Part shown: piece by piece, positions 9,870 to 19,867 of the stretch
Layout of the letters: every line of letters begins with the position of its first letter
Numbering within the stretch: the stretch's first letter is position 1
NCBI GenBank assembly: GCA_002269645.1
Contig: NIVC01002268.1
Coordinates: 1-33,548, forward strand
Length of the DNA: 33,548 bases
Reading direction: 5' to 3'
Source of the DNA: Macrostomum lignano
Lineage: Eukaryota
Position numbers and translations under genes: made by a program
Notes under the pieces: model-generated
Databases searched by the model: none
What the model saw: only the letters and a program-made list of their open reading frames with translations
Told to the model about the DNA's origin: nothing

Positions 9870-12076
9870 TCAGTGCTTGCATTTGTAGATGACCACGCCC
9901 AGGCCAATGACGCCGAGAATCGGGCTCAGGCCGATAACCAGGGCGAGGCCGATTGGCACGGCGATGACTATACCGGTGGCCTCTAGGACTAGAATATTCA
10001 ATGAGACAAGGGAATTGGAGCGAATAAAGATTAGAGTGCAGATTGTGTTGGGGCTAACTATAACACCTACTCGGCGGGCGAACGAAGTGATCGAACTCTA
10101 ACGCTGCTAGCTATAGGCTGTTAGGCAAACACCAGCGTTATCGATGCAGCCATAGGCTACGAATTTGTAAATCATTGCAGGTAAACTTATTGCAAGATTG
10201 GCTGCTATCGGATTGTTTAAGAATACATTTACTGGCAATACTACATGTATTCATTTAGTTCTCGAAAGGAAAATTGTTTCCAGCTATCCAAACTAAGATT
10301 CAACCGTAAAATTCTATTTAGTTATAGGCTCAACCTACCGAAGAGTGTTCCGCGGACGAGCTTGCGCAGAGCCGGTCTGCCCGGAAACAGCTTCTGCTTG
10401 CAGCCGAATATGCTGAGGCGACTGCTGTGCCGACCGAAAACAAAGTTGCCAGCGCGCCAGTTCTTGCCGCACACGTAGCAGAATTGATAGCTGCATCGGT
10501 TGCAGGTCATGTGATTGCAGCCTTGATTCTTCTCGATGTACACTTTGCAGGACGGACACTTGCGAGCCTTCCGAATGAACTGCGACCCGTCGAAGTAGGT
10601 CTCCAGACCCCAGTCGCGCAGCATCTGCTTGCCGCTACTGTTGGCGCTGCAGGACATATTCGGGTGTGGCGGCGAGTGGCAGCGGAAGCACCAACTGAAC
10701 TCGCAGCGCTGACAGCGAGTCAGCTCGCCACCGAGCCGCTTGCTGGCCTTTTCATTTGGATTTTTCGTCACCATATTGCACTGCGGGCAGGTCTTCTTGT
10801 TTGGATCGCCGTTGAGGTCCGTCAATATTTCGTAGTACCGATCAGCCCTGTCGCCAAGGAATTCGATGATCTCGCTGACGGTGAGGAAGCAGCTACAGCA
10901 GGGGCAGCCGACTTCCACGGTGCGGGCATATACTTTGGTGCGGACCCACTCGTTGTAGCAGGCGTAGCAGACATGCTGCCCGCAGCAGGTGCGAGCCACC
11001 ACCAACTGATCATCGAGCAGGCACAAGGAACACGTGGCAGAGCAGCGGAAGTTCATGCGCTCCAATCCACTGACCACTCCAGTTCGCGACTGGTACACCT
11101 GAAAGCACTCGGTTAGCATGCCGTGAAGCATAAAGATGTCATGATAGTTTTCCCAGCGTGTTATGCGATCGTTGATAACATTAATCTGCAGATGCGACTG
11201 TGTTTCGGTCAGCTTTTCGTAGACCTGTCTGAAGGTGTGCGGGGCGAGGCCCGTGTCAAACAGGCGCTTGTAGAACACCAGCGTGTCAGTAGTCCGAGAC
11301 AAATTCACCGATTTGCTACGGCTCTCGAAGTCGTACTCGCTTTCCAGGTGATACATTAGCAAGTATTTGAAAAGCTTGAAGAGCGAAATTAAACTGATCG
11401 AGTGAAAGTAGTCTCGCTCTTCCGACAGAAAATTCTGCAGCGCCTCAAGCATAATGAGATGCTCTTCCGAGTCGTCATTGAACAGGGCAGCGTGTTCAGG
11501 AAACAGAAGTATCTTTGCAGAACGTTCCGACCCTGAAGCCGAATCGGATCCTTCGACATTCACTGGCATATCCCGAGTTGCCTCGCTAGATGTGTCGCTC
11601 GCAAACCTGCGTCTGACGGGATCCATGGGCAATGGGCTTGACGTTCGACTGGAAGTCCGACTCGGGGGCTGACTCGAGGATTGAACCGCATCCGCCTCCC
11701 TAACAACACTGGAAGTGCCAGGTTCAGCCTCCGCCTCCTTGCTGCTCAGCGACTTGAGTTCGCTAAAATACTTCTCGGTGAGCCGGGCGAAGATCTCACG
11801 ATCCTGACTAGATAGCGATAGCTTCCTAGATTTGTTGCATACCCACATTTTAAGGCGTTCCAGCGCCTCCTCTGTGTCCTGCTTAGCAAGAACATCCAGC
11901 TGTTCTAGGTCTAGATCATCAGCTAGCTCTTCGTCCGACGCACTGTCCGACTGATCGGAAACAGTGGCTGTGTCCGGATTCAGCTGAGTTACTTCGTTTT
12001 CGACAGTCTGATCGCAGCCATCTGCTACGCGAATTTCTTGCAGCGACAGCGACACTGGCTCCTCCTCTGTAGTCAT
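9870..12076 (-). CDS. RNF217: RBR-type E3 ubiquitin ligase, RNF217-like (RING1-IBR-RING2 plus C-terminal TM); exons 12076-10339 and 9988 (or 9982)-9870
   Basis: RING1 CSLC...CCGQHVCYAC...CPCCSC; IBR CPQC...CQRCEFSWCFRCHSPPH...C; RING2 CPSCKVYIEKNQGCNHMTCNRCSYQFCYVC with the catalytic Cys. The following GRHSSRLSIFGCKQKLFPGRPALRKLVRG matches my recollection of the RNF217 post-RING2 motif. The phase-1 donor G|GTAGGT at 10339/10338 joins a phase-1 acceptor encoding the hydrophobic segment LEATGIVIAVPIGLALVIGLSPILGVIGLGVVIYKCKH* (stop 9872-9870). Confidence 0.9.
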
Positions 12077-13952
12077 ATCTGTCTGTTGAATAGATATTTG
12101 CTGAGCACTGGTGCTTATCCTACTAGCTTTATGTGCGTTGCGTATGGCGTATTAAATACGTGTTTCGTGTACGCAATACCGCTAAGTCTAGTTGGTAAGA
12201 ACCGTGCGCGCGTCGACTTTACACTGTAGCAAGGCGGTGAGAGAAGAGAGAGGGTTTATATTCTCTTTCTGCCCTCTCTACCCTCTCTTCGTGCCCCAAG
12301 CAAAGCCCTTTCCACTGCGGCCCTCCTCGTCCCTGCAATATTGCATCTCGTTGGCATGCCAACAGCGCGCCCAGCCCTACTTCTATTTCTTACCCAATGT
12401 GCAATCTGAGTACATGCATGTACGCTCGTAGCAGTTCCAATGGGCGGGTGCACCTCACCCTCACCCACTCAGATGGGCATACGGAATAGTTTAACCAACC
12501 TCCCCTCCCATTGCCAAATTTTTGGCGTCAAACGTCATTGCAGTTTCAGATTGTTGAAAGAGTTACGCACAGAGTTAAAATTAGAATCGCGCCTATACGT
12601 CAGTGCGGGGCCACGCTGGCCTCACTTTCCGGGTCTGGTGTTCACTGTTTTTATTCCCAAAATAGTTTTCCGCTTACCCTTCTTTCTGTCACTTAAAAGT
12701 CTGGATGTACAGTCCGACTGCTAAGTGTGCTCGGAAACCCAGCTGACCACACATTCGAATTCGAATAAGCTTAGCCAAGACAAGAGAAGACAGAACTCAA
12801 GAGGGCCATTATATGCTCCACCAATGCAGCTGGAATACGCCACTACGCAGAGCTCACAATGTGCCTCTGTCCCTAATACCAACTAGACTTTGCATTTCTT
12901 CAAGTAAGCAAGAAAAGAGTAGCCTTAGTCCAAAACCCTAATGCTGTCATTTTCTGTGACTTCTTTTCTGTGAGAACAACGAACACAGAACCCGTACGAA
13001 TTGTTGCCCGTGAACTATAATACTTCAGTAGAACACTTCTGCTGTACCCTTGCGTCTCTCTCTCCCTGTGCCAAAGGAAATTCGACCGTAGACTGGCACT
13101 GTTGTCGCTTCTTCGCTTCTCGTCTTTATTCTTGGCCACATGCATAAAAAGTGTAGCTAAAAGCCTCGCAACTTGCGCACATGCAGGGCAGCTTGTTGGA
13201 ATTGCTTTTCGTGTGGGCGTTTTCTATGGATATCATGTCCTGAAGATTGTGAAAGAATTTTGCCGAGTTGTCTTTCTTGGCTTTAAAAAATGCCAATAAA
13301 TGTAAAAATTACACACGCAAGCCCAAATACGTGTACAGAGTGTGTAAAATTCATGTAAAATTGAGTCTATCTCTGTTTTTGCTTCCCGCAATTCAACTTG
13401 AGTTCAATTTACGAGAGAGAGAGAGAGTGTACAAAACAATTTGCACATATACAATTCGTATGGGTATTTTTAATTTGACACAAAAATGCTAGTGAAATAG
13501 CGCAGTTTTGTCTGTAGAAGGGAATTATTAAAACTATTTCTAAATTAAAATTCATGCTTCTATTGTCAATTAGTCATAATAGCATTATATCAGCATATAG
13601 TCTGGGGATTTTTAAAGTATTCATACACATAATGTACTGAACGCATACTGAAATGCTCAGGATTACTGTCAAAGTTCAAATTACACCCAATAGACAGCTT
13701 CAGCTAAACGGTTTGCCTGGTCATATGTATCTATTAAAATGTATCCTGCATCTGCATGTACACAGTACATCGTTAAAAATCGCGCAAATTTTGTGTCATA
13801 TAATTGCAGCCAGCAAAAGGTTTGATTGTTTCAGTTGATTCAAATGTATACCCATAAAAATAATTTTATTATTTTTCTAAGTATTTTCTTTCTGCTTCTA
13901 ATTGCTTCGCGAATTACAGCTTGTTAGCATCTTTATACTCATGTAGAACAGC

Positions 13953-14125
13953 CAGTAGCGCAACCAGAAATTTGTGGGGGCGGCTGATTCTGGAGGGTAA
14001 GACGGTTAAGACCCAAGGGGGGGGGGAATGGGCCACGGGGCTGCTCTGTTTTTTTGTGAAGATTTGCTTGGCCCCCCTTTGATTTTTTTCTGGTCTCCGG
14101 CCGCCCCATCCTGATTGCGCCACTG
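13953..14125. mobile_element. Small MITE-like element (173 bp) with 15-bp TIRs
   Basis: cagtagcgcaaccag (13953) versus the reverse complement of ctgattgcgccactg (ends 14125) is 13/15 identical. No target-site duplication is evident. Confidence 0.5.
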
Positions 14126-14397
14126 AGTACAATAGTACTTTACTTTAACACGTACTTAGGCTATCTGTCAGGAATCATCATACTTAGTCATGTTCAATTT
14201 AAAAATGACGCCAATCCGAAGTATTAAATATGTACACAGTATAACAATGCATGTTAACAAACAAAATTAATATCTCGCTTTTAGCAATAATTATATTTAA
14301 AAAATATGAAAAGTAACAACAAATTAGACTTACATTACTAAAAACTTTTCAGTCATTATTATTCCATATATGCACCGGAAATCGAATGAGTGGACAG

Positions 14398-15542
14398 GGG
14401 CCCGTGCCATAGAATCTTAACTCTTAACTCTCTACTTACTCATACTCTTAACTCCTAAATCCTTAAGAGTGTCCTAACTCCTAGCTCCTAGCTGGCTTTT
14501 CTGTGCTATAGAATCAAGAGTAAATTTTAAGAGCTAGGAGGCTCCTTAAGGACGTTAGGAGACTCCTGGGTGAATTTAGGAGACCTCATTAAGGTCCGTG
14601 GCATGCTATAGAATTAGGTTAGGAGAGGAAGTCTAGGAGCTAGGAGTTGGCTTTTAGGAGTGATTCTAGGAGCGTGTGTCCTATAGAATGAGAAAATTTC
14701 GCTCCCAACTCTTGACTCCTAAGCAAGAGTTCAAGGGTCAATTTTCACTTTTAGACAAGCTAGGATTATAATGTTTTCGGACAATTCTTTGATAATTAGA
14801 CTGGTGTATTATTTTCTTTATTGATATTTACAAGTATACATGTACATTTAGACTTCTTACTTTTAAATTTGACCATGCATACTTTTTTGTGACTACTACA
14901 ATTACAGTACATGTACATGTATACTCGTACATGTATGTATTAAAGCGTGGTATTTAATACTGAAGAAATCAATGATTTTGAATGCAGCTAGGCCTATCTG
15001 GTAACAAAGTAAAAATTACTAGAATGCAACTATTATTTATTATTATTACAGCATTTGATACTCTTCTGCATTGCTTGGTCAACACATAATAAAACGAGTA
15101 AATACGCTAAGTATAATTTATATAGGCAGTCACAGATGTGTTTCATATTATGCTATTAATGGTTATCATAAATTGGCACTGCTTAGTTGTTATAAATTTG
15201 TACTAAATGCACCAAAGAGAACCTCATTGCGTGCAGCGATGGCTCTCACAAATGATATTTTTTGAGCAATTTGCATTTTCACTCCTGAGATTCAATCTTT
15301 AAAGACCATAAAGTTAGGATTGTGATATAGCACACAATTCTCTATCATCCTTAAACAATTGTGCAACACTCCTTGAACACACCCCCACTCCTAGGCTGCA
15401 CTCCTTGCAAGAACTCTTAGCTCCTAACTCTTAACTCCTGAAATCTTTAGCATACAAAATTCAATCACTCCTTGTCAAGAGTATTCTTGAGTCCTAGTTC
15501 GTAGCTCCTAACTCCTAACTCCTGATTCTATAGCATAGGCCC
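14398..15542. mobile_element. Non-autonomous PIF/Harbinger-type DNA transposon
   Basis: TIRs gggcccgtgccatagaatc and (reverse complement) gggcctatgctatagaatc are 16/19 identical. A 3-bp CAG duplication flanks both ends (14395-14397, 15543-15545). Dense subterminal (t)taggag/ctccta repeats. The minus strand near 15190-15260 reads FVRAIAARNEVLFGAFSTNL, resembling a decayed Myb/SANT-like Harbinger protein. Confidence 0.7.
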
Positions 15543-16365
15543 CAGTGAAGCAAACCATGTACAACATTCTCACATTGAGTGATATCAAAAAATGTGTCTA
15601 AGGCTAAGGCAATTTTTAACTTTAGAATTGTTCATATAACTTCTTGCTTGCAGCCTAGTTGATCTTATAAGCACTCGATTATATCATGCATTGTCATGCC
15701 ATAGCCTAGGCATCAGCCAGCATGCAGCAATGGATAGACCTAGCCCTAGACCTAAGTAATTAGCAGTCCCAGTTCTTACATTTTCAATACATGACAACAA
15801 TTGTTTGATAAATGCATTAGGCGTAAGCCATTATAAGCAATTCCTTGTCACATGCTATGACCCCTGATTTATTGCATTATTTAGCTATTTGACGATCCTA
15901 CAAGCAATGCATTTGTTCTGCACAAAAATTGTCAAATTGCTAGGTAATTTATCATTTTGCCTTTCTGTAACTACATAGTATAAAGTGTAAAGGCACAGGC
16001 ACTTATAAATCTCAACCATATGATTAAAAATAAAATTTCACAAAAATGTAATAGTTGAACACAACCTGAACAAAGCAACAAAACAAAAAGCAAAAGAAAG
16101 AAATTCAATAAGGGGTAATATTTGCAATTCTTATTGGTTTCAAGCATTTTTTTTCTTTTATATTCTATCTACAAAGTATAATCTATGTAGATAGACAGAA
16201 ATTGTATCATGTGCCAATTCTAGTTGCTAATGCCTATATTTAGGCCCTATTGATAATTATATCTGCAATTGCCAATTGTTGCCTTAGTCTAGGGCCTAAT
16301 TGGTTATTGGTTTTTTGCTAATCCTAAAATGCAAAATCGCATCCAACATCCAGATACTATAGGGC

Positions 16366-18162
16366 CACCATTTTATCTCCTTGTTCAAAAAAACAAGCAA
16401 AACTTCAATTGAAACACTTTAAGAAAAATTAGTGCTTACAGAAATTCAATTCAAACAAAGTCCTTTTCTATTAAAATAGAAGAACTTCAATTTAGACTAT
16501 CTATGGCCAAAACTGTCCCTGAGTGACAGGCATGCACAAATTTGAAATTCAAAAGAAACAAAGTCACATTCTATTTCAACAAGTTTATATACATAGATAC
16601 AAATACATTTTTAGTACATTAATCTAACTTTTTGTTTTTCTTATACTGCAGAACTGTACAATTGTTGCTCAATGAGAAATGATATCAATGCTGAAGATCA
16701 GATTGAAGAAGACAATGAATTGTTGGAAAAAGATAAAATCAATAAATTTGAAGCAGAATTTGATAAAGATACATATTATGGAACAGCAGCCTTGTCAGTA
16801 TGCTATTCTAAGTAATAATGACAAAAACCATATCATCAAGGCTGCTGAACATAGGGATGACTTTGTGGAACTGGCGCGCCAACTTGGAATCAAGAGGTCA
16901 ATGGCGTACACAATTGTAAGGTCAGGGAGAGTGGAAAGCAGCCCAAAGGTGGAGCCAAATGATTCAAGTGGGATTAAAAATGCAGGCCTACAACTTAGTC
17001 TCATCAAAGCAAATCTGCTTTATCATTCTAAAAGAAATGAATGCTAATCTATGCCAGCAACTCCTAGAAAAGCTGCATGTAACAGAGAAAATGATCAGCA
17101 TTAAGCTTGATAGAGCTCTGTACACCACTAAGATCTCCTGCAGATTGCAACTCCTGTTATATGATCAAAGTGAGGAGAGAGTTTTATAAGTGGCTTTGTT
17201 CTGTTGATGTTATATCTGGTTACAAGATTTTCATTGATGAATTTGGCTTTAATATGTAGATGAGACAATCAATAGGATGCTCTTGATGTAGTAAATGCAT
17301 ATATAGGCAAGTGGCTATTCAGAAGGGACTTTAAGTTACAATCTGCTTGGCCATTTGTCCAGGTGTTGTGCACTACCAAATTTATGATAAGGGCATGACT
17401 AAAGAGAAGTTTAATGAGTTCCTGCAGATCACCATTGGCAACTTCCAAGCTGAGTTCCCAGTCTTGTGTTTTTATGTTGTCATCAACAATGTAAGTTCTT
17501 ACCATATTGATAGTTGATACTGAAGACTTACGAGATTCTGGACACCATTTAGGTCAAGTAGCTTCCACCATACAGTCCATTTTTGACTCCTATAGAGAAC
17601 TTAATCTCTTGTTGGAAGGCTGCTCTGAAGAGAGAACTGGCAGCAGACTAGCAAGAGTTCATTGCTCCAACAGCTGAGCAGCATGGGAATCAGTCAATGG
17701 TGGCCTATTGGCAAGACATTCTGTACATAGTGGACAGAACCATTGGCTGCATCTTTGCAGACAAGTGCAATGAGTGGTTCAACCATGTGTTTACATATGT
17801 CCCATTGCTGCCTTGATAGACGGGCAATTGATGGTTAGGTGTTGCAAGTTGGCCAATTAACACTGTCTTGTTCTTGTTTTTCATTTACTCTTAGGTTTGT
17901 CAATTTATTATGTTTTATCTCTTGAGTCTCTGTCAAAATAGAATATGACTTTGTTTTTTTGAATTTCAAATTTGCGAGTGCACGTTTCTTGGGGACAATT
18001 TTGGTCATAGACAGTCTGAATTGAAGTTCTTTTGTTTTAATAGAAAGGGACTTTGTTTGAATTGAATTTCTGCAAGGGCTAATTTTTCTTAAAGTGTTTG
18101 AATCGAAGTTTTGCTTTTTTCTTTTGAATAAGACTTTGTTCAAAATAGGACATCAAATGGTG
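16366..18162 (+). mobile_element. Near full-length IS630-Tc1-mariner transposon (~1.8 kb) with ~220-bp TIRs
   Basis: Left 16366-~16583 and right ~17930-18162 are long diverged inverted repeats (shared aaacactttaagaaaaattag and gaaattcaattcaaacaaagtcc). TA follows the right end; the left TA is not preserved. Confidence 0.85.
16672..17838 (+). pseudogene. Decayed IS630/Tc1-family (DDE_3-type) transposase
   Basis: HTH segment ELARQLGIKRSMAYTIVRSG; first Asp in KIFIDEFGFN (17236); second Asp mutated to Asn in VVINNVSSYH (17485); Glu in LPPYSPFLTPIEN (17595). D-E spacing is about 35-36 after one frameshift. Many in-frame stops. Confidence 0.88.
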
Positions 18163-18798
18163 TAGTATTAAAAATGTGATAAATTATAAAAATAAAGATT
18201 ATATTAAACTTTGACTTTTTGTTGATAGAAATAAGTATCTTGAGTAATTTTATTTAGTATTCAAAATTTAGGATACCAAACTAGCATTGATTTAGTGCCT
18301 CCTATTAAGGGACCCAACAAAATATTTTTTAATAAACTTGTGTAGCTTCTAAGCTATCAGCCTTGAAGTCTTAGCATTTCCTCCTAGTAGGCCTAAACCT
18401 TTTATATATCTTAGCAATTCCCTCTATAAACTTTGAAATCTTACCAATCCTCCCTTTCCCTAAGCTTTAACATCCAAATAGCAGTTATAATCCATTTTTG
18501 TCATTTACTAAATAATATTTTTTCATTATGATTATGACTCTATCTATATAATTTTATTTATAGACACCTATAGTACACTGAGTATTTATGGCAGCAACAA
18601 ATATAATATGCCTATGGAAATTATTGACTGTGGTTTAAAGCTTTGATTATTAGAAAAGTTAAAATCATCAAAATGTTACAAATATGTATATATTAGTTAA
18701 TAAGATTAAGATCCAAAGAACTGTTTCAAAAAATTCACAAAAGTAGTTTTGTTATATAATATATAATATATAATGGTGGCCATATTATATTAAAATAA

Positions 18799-19556
18799 TA
18801 TAGCTTTTTGCAGCCCATTCGGGCTAATGCACATTTAATTTAATCCAAGATATGTTTGCCAATGTAATGGAGCTTTTGTCTATGGTAGCAAGGCTGGCAC
18901 AGCGGCATTTAATTTGGTCCAACAAGCATTCAGTTTAGTCCATAGTTTCATTTGCAACTGCTGCGGAGGAGCTAGATCAGCCCCAGAATTGTGGACCATA
19001 TGCTAGGCTGTCAAACGAATGCCATTGACTTGTGATCGAAGCACTCGACAGAGGTGAACACCCAAAGGCTGCTGAATGTAAAAGAAAATATGGTTTACAG
19101 CATCCAGCAGCGCGTTGAAAATCTGCCGGCAGAGATCGCCTGCGAAAGGGTGGCAATCGCCAAGGCAAATTGCTCGAGAGCCTCAGGTCCAACTGCTGCT
19201 CGATGCAGTTGAGACGAACCCTTTGTTGACGGTGCCGAAAATGCAGCAGAAGTTGAAGGAACAGTTCCAGTTGGTTATCAGAGTTCGGCTATCAGCAGAG
19301 CTCTGGAACAGCAACAGAAAATTGTCGGTAGAGACGCTGACATTCTAGTGGTACGCAACAACCCGCAGACGGTAGCGAGAAGGCAGGAGTTTGCCAAATG
19401 GCTCACGAGCATTTGGACCAAATTGATGCTTGTTGGACCAAATTAAATGCTGCTGTGCCAGCCTTGCTACCATAGACAAAATCTCCGTTACACTGGCAAA
19501 CGTATCTTGGATTAAATTCAATGCGCGTTAGCCCAAATGGGCTGCAAAATGCTATA
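18799..19556 (+). mobile_element. Internally deleted IS630-Tc1-mariner element with ~140-bp TIRs and a transposase N-terminal fragment
   Basis: TIRs 18799-~18941 and ~19412-19556, with TA at both termini. The interior encodes frameshifted pieces YARLSNE..LVIEALDRGE, RKGGNRQGKL, LLDAVETNPLLTVPKMQQKL and RNNPQTVARRQEFAKWL, then runs into the right TIR with no DDE domain. Confidence 0.85.
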
Positions 19557-19867
19557 CAATGGCTATCAGTCTATCACTATCTAGATCTACTTTAGTTTAT
19601 AGCAACTATAGTTAAATATGTAACTTATAGCCTCTGTGAATGCCTATGGAATAACTGCTTTTATAGCTACAAAACTACAGAAATATGGTGATTTAGAAAA
19701 AAAGCTGTTAGTCTTGCCTGACTAGGCTTATGGTAGAAGGACCTGTATTATAATGGAAGGCTAGTGAACAGTATCTAGTTGTTTGCTAGTTAAATTGCAA
19801 TATATTGTGTACATATTGTAAATTCAAATTCACACTGAAGTAAACAAAGAAATTACTCAATTCACTG

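Noticed and set aside
10427-11116. 229-aa plus-strand ORF and other short ORFs antisense to RNF217 and DLGAP exons
   Set aside because: Shadow ORFs expected opposite GC-rich coding sequence.
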